This document shows, piece by piece, positions 1 through 12,419 of a DNA stretch of 64,000 nucleotides (the stretch's first letter is position 1; each line of letters begins with the position of its first letter). The stretch is from Eutreptiella sp. 'Long Island Sound 2002' (taxonomy: Eukaryota; Protista; Euglenida), in contig OZ038378.1 of the NCBI GenBank assembly GCA_964036045.1, forward strand, positions 114,328,001 through 114,392,000. Reading direction: 5' to 3'. The notes beneath the pieces were generated by a model, which saw only the letters and a program-made list of their open reading frames with translations, was not told the origin of the DNA and ran no database searches. The position numbers were made by a program, and so were the translations under genes.

Positions 1-204
1 TAAAGCTAAGGTGGAGCGTAAGTTCCAACAATCAGTTTTGAAGCGTTTCCCCTACCTGTGGGCTTCGTGCCCGGGCTTCACGGTTTACATGCACTGGGTG
101 CGTGGTTCCCATAATCCCGCTGATCCTATTAGTAGGTTGTGTGACAACTTCAATGGAGATCTGGGTTTGGCGCGCGAGGTGGCGACACGCAGGGTGGGGG
201 AGCT
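1..204 (+). pseudogene. C-terminal part of DIRS-type RNase H, inverted relative to the rest of the element
   Basis: The plus frame reads VYMHWVRGSHNPADPISRL, the RNase H C-terminal N-P-A-D-x-x-S-R motif. It abuts the minus-strand GDNAAA at the palindrome AGCT (201-204). Confidence 0.75.
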
Positions 205-1880
205 GCCGCATTATCCCCAAACAAATGGGCCTCACGTACACCCACATTGAGTATGAGCTTCAAGCCCCAGAGCAGCGCCGCGGCCTCCGCACACTGCTGG
301 TTGGGCGGCTGCTCCGCGGGCACAACCGACCGAGAACCCACATCCATGGAAAACAGGCCCAACCGTTATTTACTCGCGTCCATCGCCGCGTCGACGTAAA
401 CAACCAACGGCGACCGCTTTACCACTCTGGGGAGGGACACCACCGACCATTGCCGCCTGGCCATCACGCACGCCACGCACATAGACTTAAGCAAACGCAC
501 AGGGGTAAATGGCAGCCGGGGGGGCGCCCAGAGCACATGAGCCCACACACCAGACAGATGCGGACTGTGCCCAGAACCCGGGCGACAGATCCACTGCGCC
601 CGCCCCAATAACTGCTGCAGCCGCTTCACCCTACAGGGCCCCACAGACAACCTCAACCAATGCGCAAACAGAGCCTCCCACGCGTTGCCGGCAGTCCGCA
701 CCTCCCCCCCCTTGAAATCAATGTCCTTCCCCAGCCACACCAGCCGTTGCACAGGCTCTAACGTACTTATCGGGCTGACCACAGCTCCTGCACGGCGCAA
801 TGCCTCCGTCACTTTCGCCGTCTGTTCGCGCACACGCGCGCGGCCGCGCCCCACAACTAGCACATCATCCAAGTAAATTAAAACCAGCACCCCCGATAGC
901 CCCGCGTCGGCCATCAGTCCCTCTAACACGCGCTGGCACAAGAGGGGGCTGTACTTCCATCCGAAGGGCAAACACCGGAAAGCCAACACCCCCCCCTCTC
1001 CATCCCAGACACGAAAGGGCCCCCGGAACTCGCATGGTAGCTGAAGTGAGCAAAAGCAATTGCTCAGGTCGATGTGGCACATGCAAAGGTCATCCCCCCC
1101 CCCCCCGGTAGGGACAGAACGTCCCACACCGGCCTCAAGCAACGCGCCCGGGCAGAAAAAGAGGGGAGGAAGAAAGAGGACCCGTGCGGCGCCACCTGCG
1201 CCAAAAGGGCCAACACCTCCAAAGAGGGGAGGGAGAACTTCTCCGGCCGAGACCGCATCTCCTCATTAAGGGGCACAAGATTGACAATCAAACTGCATTT
1301 CTCCTCCGTCTTGGGAATAGCAAAAACCCCCCCATTGGGCCCAGGCGACCCCGGCGGCAGGGGGAAGAGCAAACCCTGGCCCCGCAACGCCCGCATCATG
1401 ACCACGGCCTTATCTGACGGGGGTACTATCCCAGAAAACTGCCTGCCCGCCAAGTCCGCGAAGCAGTCCGGCACACAACTATCCCACACCTCACGGGGGA
1501 TATCCACTCGCCCCACCACCCCCAGGCCCCGCGCCAAAACCTCCTCCCTGACACGCTGCATAAGCAATTTTGGCGACGTAGAATCATGCAAGAGAGACTC
1601 CCATACTTCATGGCCAAATGAGGACAAAGCCACCGCCAAGACTCGTAGAAAATCCGGTTGCCTGAGATCCCGGGCAGCTTCAAGGCCCCACTCAAGAAGC
1701 GGTAGGAGGCGACGCTCCAACAAACCAGGCGGCGCGCGGGGCAGACAAGCCCGCAGGGAACACAACCAGTCGTCCCACTCACCGGTCTGAAGGCGCTCCC
1801 GCACCCACTGACCTAGCTCCGACGCGGCGGGAAATCGCCGTTCGGGCAGCCGCACCCACAATCCTGGCCGGGCCAGCGGC
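201..1880 (-). pseudogene. Reverse transcriptase / RNase H (DIRS-type), frameshifted
   Basis: GGVFAIPKTEEKCSLIVNL (ORF 1064-2755 frame); HIDLSNCF, CLPFGWKYSP, YLDDVL, LVWLG (ORF 366-1142). RNase H residues VYVDA, then past a TAA at 366-368 in frame QCAEAAA and FGDNAAA. Confidence 0.9.
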
Positions 1881-2354
1881 CTTCCGCTTGCACAAGACGG
1901 ACGCGACCTCACCCGTCCTGCGGGCTGCGATGCGCAGCCGCCTGATGGAGGAGCCTGCTGCAGAGGCAGGCGGGGGGTCCGCATCCACGTCAATGACTTC
2001 CCCCCCCCCATCTCCCCGCGGCCAGCGCCCTCGACCTGAGAACCCATCAATAGCCGCAAGGGCCGGAGGGGCCCCCGGGTCTCGTGCGCCAGCCCGGTCC
2101 TCCCCCCCAGCAGCCCCCGCAGTGGCAGAGCTCGCGGACTCCCCTGGGCACGATCCACCCCGACCCCCCGCCGACCCATCTCCATCATTTCCCCATTTGG
2201 GGGGCTCATCGGCGTCAGGGGCACAGAGCTCCACGAGTTTCCGTGGGAAAACGTCCCGGAGGGACACGGCGCGCCATACGAACTCTCCTTTCGGGTCGTC
2301 AGAGGGCCAGGGGAGGACAGCCTCGGATGTGACGACAAAGTCGTCGGGCGCTTC

Positions 2355-3263
2355 GGCGTAGTGGACTGCCACCTTCTCCGACAGCCACCGCCCCCACCAA
2401 GCCAACCACTTGATGGGTAGCCCCATCCATCGCAGGGCCGCGGAGCCCCCTCGCCTCCATGCGTGCCACCTGGCGTGGGGGTTGTCGCTGCCCCCCAACG
2501 CGGCAGCCATGACCGAATGCATGTATGCTGGGCCCTGCGGACAGAATTGCGCTCCAACGACGGCGGACGTGGCCCCCTTGGCATCGAGCCAGCCCAGCCA
2601 TGCTTGGGCATACTTCCCGAGCCACCTGCGCACGATGCGTGGTGCCACCTTGACCGTGCGGAATGCCAAGCCCCGACACCGGGAGCCCCCCCGACGGAGG
2701 GGCTAGACTTCACCCACCCGCAGTAGGCAGGTGAATGCCAAGACCGCCATTCCATAGACGGTCCACTGCGGTCGCTCCGTGCAAGCCAGCGCGAAGTTGC
2801 GGAGGTCGTTCAAGCCAACGTATGGCCGTAGGGCTGGTTCCGTGGGCGCCCATTTGGCACGGCGCCAGACCCGGCGACTGACGAACGCGGGCAGCCACCC
2901 CATGTCCTCCAGCGCTCGGAACGCCGATACTGCGACCTTGAGGGAGCTCCCCGAGTACCCCGGTCCCCACAATTGGAAAATGTAGCGGCATGCGGCTGGT
3001 TCGAGCTCGGACGTGGGTGTGTAGCCCACCCAAAGGGCCATTTTGCGGAAGTGGGTACAATACGTACCCATGGTGCTTTTTGCCCAGGAGGATGCCTGCA
3101 GCGCCTCCACGGAGGTGATTTCATCCTCCTTCCATATCCGTCTCCACGCTGCCCACACCAGGCGCCAGACCACGTCCTCGCCATCCCGGAAGTCCGATGG
3201 TCCGAGGACCACCAAGGCCCCCCGGGGCTCTGGAGGGACGGGCCGGATGGGGCAGCTTCCCCA
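2355..3263 (-). pseudogene. Tyrosine recombinase of retrotransposon 1 (one frameshift near 2700)
   Basis: Catalytic pattern R (LLRVGE) ... H-x-x-R (WHAWRRGG) ... W (WGRW) ... Y (VAVHY) across ORFs 2703-3215 and 1779-2669. Confidence 0.85.
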
Positions 3264-4319
3264 TCAGTCAAAGCCGGGGCACTCGTGAAACCAATGCCGT
3301 TTCACTCCCCTCCTGGCGTTCTTGCATGCCCTACACGCTGTCACCGGGGCATTGGTACCGTCCATCGGCTCGGCTCCCGGCTTGGCGATGTACAGACGGC
3401 GGCCCCCCTCGAAGCGGAACTTACCTTTCATGGCCTGCAGCCGTCGTCCCACCACCTCCTCATCCGCCGCCCCCGTACAACCTGCGGACAGCACAGGCAC
3501 ATCGGATGCATCTTCGGCCGCGTCCGACCCCTCACCGACTGGCCCGGGGTCCAAGCCCTTCTTGCCCCTGTACGCCGACAGGCTAGTCCCTGTGAACGTC
3601 CAGACTGCTTGGACAAAACCCCGAAGGCGCGTAATTTCATCATCATCCATTGATTCCAGCTGCCATACTTCCGTGTCCGCGGAGTCCGCGTCCACCATTG
3701 CCGCCAATTCGTCCAGTGTGGCGTCCGTGAACTTCTCCTTGTCCTTGTACTTGGAGACGGACTCGTGTTGGGGTACCTCCCTACGCCACAATAAAGTGGA
3801 CAGCGCGAGGAGGGTGGCGAAGACCCACTGGGGCTTAGAATCCAACTCCCTCACCTTCACGACTTCCGCTTTACACAGCGGCGGGACTTTCGCCATCTTC
3901 CTCTTGGACTCCGCCTCGGCCTTGGCACTGACCGCCTCCAACTGCGTGCGCAGCCCTTCCATCACGACGGCCTGCCCCTGAACCAACTGCTGCAGCTCCA
4001 AAAGTTCCGGCGATACCGCCTGCGGCTGTTGGGGCGAGGTTTCCATCTTCACAAAGCCCAGTGACGGCACGTCCAGGTCGCACTGGGCCATGACGCAGAA
4101 CGAGGCGATCATCTTCACAAGCCCCACCTCCCCCAATTCGATTCGATACTTGGCGACGAAATTCGCCTCCCACTCCGACCTGCGTTCGAGCAGCACTGAC
4201 AGCTTCATCTCCACCTGCGAAGCAGCCCTGGCTATCTCCAGCATCGGAACGCTATCAATGAACTGGGAACAAATTGTTCCCCTGGAGAAAACAGCAAAGT
4301 CGTCAACAGACATACTCAC
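3264..4319 (-). CDS. Gag-like protein of retrotransposon 1
   Basis: Open 351-aa ORF with a coiled-coil-like middle and C-terminal CRAC-x9-HW-x3-C knuckle, directly upstream of the YR. Confidence 0.75.
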   Translation of the reverse strand: MSMSVDDFAVFSRGTICSQFIDSVPMLEIARAASQVEMKLSVLLERRSEWEANFVAKYRIELGEVGLVKMIASFCVMAQCDLDVPSLGFVKMETSPQQPQAVSPELLELQQLVQGQAVVMEGLRTQLEAVSAKAEAESKRKMAKVPPLCKAEVVKVRELDSKPQWVFATLLALSTLLWRREVPQHESVSKYKDKEKFTDATLDELAAMVDADSADTEVWQLESMDDDEITRLRGFVQAVWTFTGTSLSAYRGKKGLDPGPVGEGSDAAEDASDVPVLSAGCTGAADEEVVGRRLQAMKGKFRFEGGRRLYIAKPGAEPMDGTNAPVTACRACKNARRGVKRHWFHECPGFD

Positions 4320-4582
4320 AGACCGGGTTGTTCCAAAGAGTCACGGAGCAAGCTCTACGTGTGACCACCTATGGCCTGCTGGCAACAAGCAAAAATGCTC
4401 TACAAGTACAAAGCCTCAGGGCACACACGCATGCACACACAAACACCACCCGACGAGCTAAACCAGAGCTCAGGCACGGCCGAGCTAAGAATCAAGTCAC
4501 GGGCGCGGGCTCAGGGGCTTTCTCCACATACCGGGGATTAGGCGGTGGATAGCCGGTGGCCACCTCTTTGCAGCAACGGGAA

Positions 4583-6761
4583 CCCCCCCCCCCCCCCCGC
4601 CGTGCCCGCCCGAGTCAAAAATCCCATTTAGAACCACTTATTTGCCTTCTCACACAACATCACAAACGCTACTTTGCCCTGGCACAGAGCGTGACAAACC
4701 CTGATTTGCCCTGACACATGGTGTCACAACCCATGATTTGCCCTATCAAAGATCGTCACGGACACAAATTTACCTTGGCACGCAATAGTATAAACAATGA
4801 TTTTCCTTGTCAAACATTGCCACACAAAGTTGCGAAGCTCTGCTCAATGATCTTCATGCTCTTTCTACACTCCAATGGGCGGGCCGGCATCACATGAACA
4901 CCTATTCAATGGGGACGCGCTGTGGCACATGTGCCAACTACATGCTTTGCCCTCGGCAGCCCCCTTTTGCCCACCTTTTTCCTTTCAGTGCTCCTTGCCT
5001 TACTTTTAGGGTTCATAAAGTCTATAGCACTACGTCAAAGAACAATGGAGGGTCTACCACTGTGTGACAAGGCAGCTCCATGTCGCTGACACTATGCAAC
5101 GGTGGAAATAATTGTACGTAGTATCGTGCGATAAGGTAAATCATTGCCTGTGACATTGCGTGACAAGAAAAATCAGTGCATGTGAAACTACGCGCACGGG
5201 GGAATCGAGGTGTGCAACTCTTTGGGATAGGGCAAATGAGTGTCTGTGGCACCCCGTGGAGCCTGGAAAAGTGACAACGTGCATAACATACCACTAGTCC
5301 CATGCATTGTGTGCAGTGATGAAGTGAGGAAACGAAAACTCAAAGGAAAAAGATGGGCAAAAGGGAGATAGCAACGGCAAGGGGTGCAGGGTGTCCATGG
5401 TGTGTCAAATCGGGTCGCAATTGCACACGGGTGTTTACGGGATGCCCGCCCCACCATCCGCTTCTAGATAGAGCATGAGGATCATTCAGAAGAGGTTCGC
5501 AACTTTCTGTGGCACTGCGTGACAAGGCAAACCGAGTCGATGATGACGTGTGAAACGGCAAATTAGTGTTTGTGACAATGTGGCACACAACAAGTCAATG
5601 TCTAAAGTATTGGGCGGGGCAAATGAGGGTTTGTAACATTGTGTGTCGGGCGAAACGGGCCTCTTACGTGATAAATTAGTGTCCGTGACACCGTCCGACA
5701 AGACAAGTAAGTGTCGAAGATACTGCGTGACGGAAGAAGTCAGCGTCGGTTAGGAGGTGTGACATGGCAAAAGAGTGTTTGTGACAATGTGTGGCAACGT
5801 CAATCCATGGTGGTGACACTATGTGGCGAGGTAAATGAGTGTGACAAGGGCAATGAGCGCTCCGTGATGATGATGGCAAATCAGTGTTTGTGACTCCGGC
5901 TGAAGGGGCAAATCACACTATGTGACCTAGCAAAGAAGGTCCGTGGCACTGCGGGATAGGGCACATCTTGCAATGTTTCTGTGACAGGGCACATCAGCGT
6001 CTACACCACTGACGGTGTGTGATAGGGCAACCGGATGGTTGTGTGTAATGGGATCTCAACGTCTGTGACATTATGTGATGCGGCAATTCGGTGTTCCTGA
6101 TATCTTGCGTTAAAGTAAAATAAATGTTTGTGACATTGTGCGACTCGGCAAATCGTGCCTACGACATTGTGTGACAGGGCAAATGATTGTGGCATAGCGC
6201 ACACTATTGGCTGCAGCATTGGGTGGATCCTCGAAAAGAGACGAACAACATCACCCGCAGGTGGTACCATCAACTACATAAGTTCTAGAAGAGAGATAGT
6301 TGGCACTCAAAAGGAACCGATTGGCAAAAGCGAACTATCGAGAGCGAAGCATGCAAGGCGCAAATGGCGTGGCAAAGCGCTTCCCCAACACATAGGTATT
6401 CATGGGAGGCACGCTTGATGATGATCTTTTGGATAGAGCAAAGATGAACAACAAGGAGTAGGCGGAAGCAAAGCACGGCAACCAAACACAGTGTGCCAAA
6501 GCGGGTCATAATCTAATAGGTGTTCACGGGATACCGGCCCCAAAAACCATTGTGAGATAGAACTTGCGGATCACTAAGAAGAGCTTCGCAACTTTCTCTG
6601 GTATTGTGTGACAAGGTAAAGCAAGGTTTGTGACATTTAGTTTTTGGGGCAAATGAGGGGTTGTCACATTGCATGTGTGGGCACATTAGCGTCTGTCACA
6701 CTGTGTGATAAGGCACATAAGTGGTTATGGCTGGGATTAGTGGCGTGGGGGGGGGGGGGGG
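4583..6761. mobile_element. Non-autonomous foldback/MITE-like element with poly-C/poly-G termini
   Basis: C16 at 4583-4598 and G15 at 6747-6761, each followed inward by matching inverted sequence (aatccca..aaccactta.tgcctt.tcacac..cacaaacgcta.t.tgccc). An internal inverted pair lies at about 4820-4990 / 5340-5520. There are many TTTGCCC/GGGCAAA and GTGACA motifs. No TSD seen. Confidence 0.65.
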
Positions 6762-7299
6762 CTGAAGACATTTCACCTTGGTGCGCAAAGGCGGGTGGGG
6801 GTGATCCATCGCAAAACCCCATTTAAGTGGAGAAGCCCTAGTACCTGCGACCTGATCCCTCGAGCACCCGCCACCAGGGCAAGGCGCGTAGCCTACCGAG
6901 AAGTTGCAAGAGATCTGGACAGTTCGGTTGAGCGCCAGCGGTAGGGGTTCCCCCCTTTTCCAGCTTGTTCATGTTGGGGAGACCCCGCCATGCTTGCACG
7001 GCACGTGAAGGTGTCCACCCCAAGGGGTTGGAGGGGCTGGACGTTGGAGAGATCGGATATCTAGGTCACATTTTTGGAGGGAAAGCCTAAGGAAGGCTAG
7101 ATTCATCATCGCGGCAACGGTATCCCGTCCACGCCACCCAGCGGTCCCACACTGGCCTCCCCCAAATGCACCCTAGCCGTCCGGGCCCACAACACTGCCC
7201 GGCTTGTGGCACACCAACAACCTTCTTTAGCGGTGTGTCCCCCCACCACCCGCCAACGGACGTCGCGGCCCCAAGGCCACCCCCGTCCCCCATCACTGC

Positions 7300-7850
7300 C
7301 CCCATCTGTCCATCCACTTGAGAAGGGGCCCCTTGGTCTCAACCAAGACATGCGCTCGCTTAATTAAATGGCTCGTGGTGATGCACAAGCTCATCCAAAA
7401 CCCAAGCTTGCCCTCAGAATTGGGCATTTGCATGACCCCTATCATTGCGCACCCCGTCCCCTTTGCCGCCCGCCCCGGAGGAAGGGCGATGCTAACTGGG
7501 GGAGGCCGCCCAGTGCCACCACCCAAGAACACCACCAACACGTCGCCCAAGGTTTGTGTTGTCGCTTGCATACAAGGACCCACACAACCTATTTTCTCCA
7601 TGACTTGTCAAGATTTCATCAGATCAATATGAGGCAGCAAAAACACGCCGCCGTGGTACCCATGATGGAGGTAGGGATAGAGGATCACACAATCACTCCG
7701 GAAAGAGCAGGGACGAATCTCAACGGCGACAATCTGCACGTTGGCGTGGAATTGTGCTTTCAGCCCAACCTCCTGTGTTTCATTAATGCGGATGACACAG
7801 CCACTTTTGCTGCTCACTATCCCCCGATCGCCCTACTGGCCCAACCACAG
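7300..7850 (-). pseudogene. Possible degenerate LINE AP-endonuclease fragment
   Basis: VIRINETQE..., VILYPYLHHG and PNSEGKL resemble APE segments; heavily decayed. Confidence 0.3.
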
Positions 7851-9899
7851 CGATACTACCCTGGAGAAATTGCTTGACGAAAAAATGGAAATGTGAGAGG
7901 CAACCGCGGCGCACCCGAATCGACCCCTCACAACTTCAGATAGGGATAGGGGTGTTGTGTTTCTTACATATTGGTGGTGCCATTTTTGTACCAGTGTTTT
8001 TGGTTTATTTTCTCAACATTAACATATGGTTTAAAAAGAATACACATTTTTGCGTGTCCTCTGAGTGCACAAATGCAAACTACAATTTCATTTCTCTACT
8101 TGGCATTATAAGTAGCTTTGGACTGGACGAAATTTCTGCCAACCCTTCGTGGATAGCAAAACAGGTGTACAAATTTCAGGCATTTTATTAAAATGGGCGA
8201 AATTTGGGCCACACCTTCCCCTCCTCAAAAAATATACAATCCAAAATCACACTCATTGGTTTTAGACGAAATTTAGGCCACCCCCCCCAAAATGCTCTTG
8301 CATTGCACCCACTTGCACTGCCCCCTTCTGCTTAAAATTTTCAATTGAAAGCAGCGGTATTGGACCGCATTTGTGCCACACTCAAATACCTTGTTGTGCT
8401 ACATTTGGTGAGCCTGTTTTGTTATGTTCTCACTGTTACTCCCCATATTTTTGCCTAATGGCTTCAGAATAATTGAAATTCAAACAGCCGTGGGGGGTAC
8501 ATAGGCCCGGATTCCAAAAGCCGTGATTCAATTGGAAGGGAAGAAGGGCGGGAGCTTGCCGTTGTTGGAGTTGGCGGTTCAATTGCGACACAAAAGAAAG
8601 ACTAGTCGTATTGTGCCGGATGCGGGTGCTGCCAAGGATGGTGTGTGTCGGCCAAGATGGCCGATTGTGCTGCAAAAGCGGTTGTTCTCAAGTTACAACG
8701 TTGTACAGGTGCTGACAGTTCTGCATGTTGAGAGGACACCGGGGGCTTCATACCGGGGCACTGTGACTTAGGCCATCGGACGCAAACTGGCCATGGCGGG
8801 GGAATGCACTAGCGACACACCTACAATTTCAAAGCTCGGTATTGTTCAAGCTGCACATCGTTTGAGGTCATTTGAAAGACGGCAGATTACGTTGTGGTAT
8901 GGGAACTACCATTGCTACATCCGTGGGCACCCCCACACCCTTGATAAGAGCTTGAATGTGACTGCCTTCGTTGTGTTGCGCACGAATAAGCTTAGGTCAC
9001 CCCATTTTGGATGGGGTTGCACAAGCAATCCCTCAGGTTGTTGCCAATGTTGTCCGATGTGTTGGGTTACGCTACAACGGAGCAAAGTATCAGATGGCCC
9101 TATTCTGAGGACTTGGGTTCTTGCACCTCCTGACTTGGCTAGTACCGGGGTAGTGTCCCTCAACTAGAGGCCTTTTCTGGTATGAGAATTGAAATGCAAA
9201 ACTCATTTTGAGTTATTTGAATTTGCAAGGGGACTGGAACGTTACAGTTGAAGACAAGACGAGTTTTGCCATTTTGATTGACACGAAGGTTTTTCATGCT
9301 TCGTAGAAGATGTCTTGCGGAGCTAGCTACGGCCCTTGGCACGTAGACTGGATTCTCTAGGAACAACGAGTAATGTATGGAGTGTGGAACTCATACAAAA
9401 ATTGTGTTGAAATGACCCACAAAGCATTTGTCGCAATTGCGCAATTTCTTGTGCAAGGTTGGGAGCGTGGTGCTAGTGAAAATGGAGATGCATTACATGA
9501 GAAAACCATCGCTGGGCTGCTGCTTGCCAATGTTGCCCACATAGCTTGGTTGGATAGTACCACACATGCACTCATGGACAATTATAGGGAGCTAGTTGAT
9601 GTCCTAAGGGTTGGATTGGGATGCCTCTTGGCAAAGAAAGCCAAGTTGCATTCCTGCTATCCGGTACTGCTTGCCTAGGGTGTTCTCTTTCGTGAATGTA
9701 ATTGGAAGGGGCAGACCGCCCATATCACCACTCATGTAAAAGAATGCATCGCAGACCCACTACGCATTGCCGACATCTTTTGACCTCATGATAGGCCCTG
9801 CAACATTGCTTGGCAATGATCTTCAGAAAACAAACAGCCAAGTGCCCGGTTGTGCGAGACAGACAAGAACAAGAGTGCTACACTATTTGTTCGCAGGTA

Positions 9900-10320
9900 T
9901 TCCGCAGTCAACCACTTGTCAGATGGGATTATGTGCATCACTAGAACGATACTCGTCGCCCCCATTTACACTACCGGGACAAAAAAAATTGTGCTGGTGT
10001 TTGCAATCAGAAGTCCGTAGAGAACTACACCAAAAATGTTCGATAGTCGATTGAGAATGTGTCTCTTGCATATTCTTGTTTTTTAAGAGAACAAATATGT
10101 GGTCAAACGCCTTGATAAAGCCCCGGCCATGCATTTTCGAGGAGTCTTGCCCCATACCAAGGTTCAAAAGCAAGGATGGTATGGACTGGCCAGACATAGC
10201 CTCGGGTGTCTCATAGCACGGATGTGAATACCAAATGGTGTCGAGGATTTTCTTAATACGTGCACTCAAAAAAGTTTTGATGTGGATGAGAGACAACGCC
10301 ATGTACAAAACCATGGGGAC
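9900..10320 (-). pseudogene. Degenerate LINE reverse transcriptase fragment
   Basis: GFIKAFDHIF (about 10095-10125) matches the non-LTR RT D-x-x-KAFD motif. The flanks are decayed. Confidence 0.5.
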
Positions 10321-12419
10321 ATGCGGTTGACGCGCCCCTCAACCAAAATTGTGATCGCCGTTACAACACAACGGTAAGCGGCACAAAGAAGTTCTAGCTA
10401 ATGCAATCTATACTGGTGGAGCAGTGTTCTTCTATCTTGAAGGGATGAAAAAAGGGACCCATAAGAGCACCGCACTGGATGGACCGGATATAAACAAAGC
10501 ATCATCTCAACCAGTATCTAGCCATAATCATGGTGGCTGAACCATCGAAGGGTCAAGGTTCAGAGGTATGAATTGTGTTCACCCAAACATTTAATGATGA
10601 CATTGGTGCTACCATTGCGAATGCAAACAACGTTTGGGTCGAGGGTGCCCACAGGCCGTGTGGAGGCACCACAAATAATTTGAAGCGCGAGGATAACATT
10701 TCCACTGGATCGCAGAATTGTGTGCTTTCGTCTAAAGCAAGAAAATCATGACTCACTACCGCCGGCGCCACATCAATGCAGCGGGTTAGGAGATATCTTC
10801 GTGACCGTTGCTGCCCAAAGCCCCACGAATGCTCCAATGCTAGTGACTCAGTCCAAAGCGCGAATCGCAAATTGGTTGGGTGAGGCCAAACCAAAAGTGA
10901 ACGAACACCTATGACGGTTCCAATTGTGTGTCCCATTCCTGTTTACGCATTGCATGTGACTATTCTAATGTGTAGATCGGGTAATCTTCAAGGATAGCGG
11001 GTCCAAACGGCTTTGAATTCTCTTGAGCAGTACCTTGAGCCGTCTTGAGCTGTTTGCTTTGTTGTGCATCATTTTTATTATGCAAGCTTCACTACTACGA
11101 CTCTAGTTGTTGTAGGCTAGCCACCCAATCAAGAGATGCGGTTGTAGGTGGATGCCTAGGGTTGGCCTTGGGACACCGCGTGCTTGCGCTAGATAGCCCC
11201 GTCAAATTTGGTCCGTCATCACATCACTGTTCATTATGACATGCAAAAGCTCCGTCCTCGCCACCCTCCGATCCAACCTCATCAATGCGGGTACAAGGGA
11301 GGGTGGCTTTGACAAGTTGCGCCGGTGGAACGTGCAGAGATGGCACCTAGAGCAGGTAATGCGGAAGGGGTTAGAGAACTACGCGAATCCGGTGTATGCA
11401 GCTACATAGAACGCTGAGCGGCAGGACCTTGGAGAAGGGGAAAGTCATGAAGAGTCCATGGCCGACAAGTTTGGATCGGGAAAGAAGGGGATGGAAAAGG
11501 GGGTAGCACTCCGCCGGGGAAAGCGCAAAACAGCATGACTTCGCTGCTAGCAACTGGCTGCAAGACACCAAGTGCGCATGTCATTTTAGTCTTCGGGCTT
11601 TGACTGCGAGGAAGGACACCACGACGACTCTGGGTGAGTGCTCTAGGACAAGAGTGCGACCGGCCACTAGAAAGATGTGATCCAAACCGCCTGAGGCGCT
11701 CTCCTAACGTACGCTTTGGGGACCCCGGGGGCCCCTATTCGGGCAGTGCACTGTGAAAACAAAGAGCGAATTGACCAAATGGGGGGACCTCTAGACTACC
11801 GCACATATGCGGCGGGGGCTCTAGCTTCCAAGCTTAAGGAGAGTTTGCTTCATGAACCGTCAACGAAGGCGTCCATTGCCGCATTCACTCCAGGGCCATC
11901 AAGTCTGTGTTCGATGCCACTACATACCATACATTCGTTCAACCCCAACAATGGTCCCAAACATACCCCTCAAGAGGGACATTTTTTCACCTTTGGCTGC
12001 TTTTTGTTTTGAACCACGGCACCTGCCTCCACCTCTCCTCCGCTCCTTGCTTGAAATTTCGCTCGTCGTGGTTAATTTCTTTCCGCCCCCCACTTGCTAT
12101 GCGGGCTAAACCACTTGTTTGTCCTCTGGCAAAGGAGGTAACTCATGCTTCGGTGCGTCCAAATGGTTTTACAGGTGCTTGAGCTCTCCAAAGAAAATAG
12201 CCCCCCTTGCAAGATAAGGGCATTTTGCCGCAATTTAACGTAGGGGACGCCTAGTTCATTATATAGCGGGGGGATGGAAGTTTCAAGACATCCCAGACAT
12301 ATCCGTTTGGAATGGGATGTGTGGAATTTGACGCATCTAGGAGTGGGTGCTTGCCATGCACGCACAGCGCCGCCTCCAGCCCGCACGACCGCCATGCATC
12401 ACCATATGTATTTTTCTGC

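Larger units (their letters stand above)
1..4560 (-). mobile_element. Tyrosine-recombinase (DIRS-group, VIPER/TATE-like order gag-YR-RT/RNase H) retrotransposon, degenerate; runs off the window start
   Basis: Consecutive minus-strand gag-like (C-terminal Cys/His knuckle), YR and RT/RNase H coding segments. The gag-YR-RT order is the one known for VIPER/TATE. The 5' boundary is approximate. Confidence 0.85.

Noticed and set aside
2355-3263. Tyrosine recombinase as a phage or bacterial integrase; RT as retron, DGR or group II intron
   Set aside because: Both YRs sit between a gag-like ORF and a DIRS-type RT in a eukaryotic repeat context. No retron, DGR or intron features are present.
8400-9900. 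Short ORFs as host genes
   Set aside because: They are short, lack motifs or splice support, and lie next to the decayed LINE RT, so they are most likely eroded repeat sequence.
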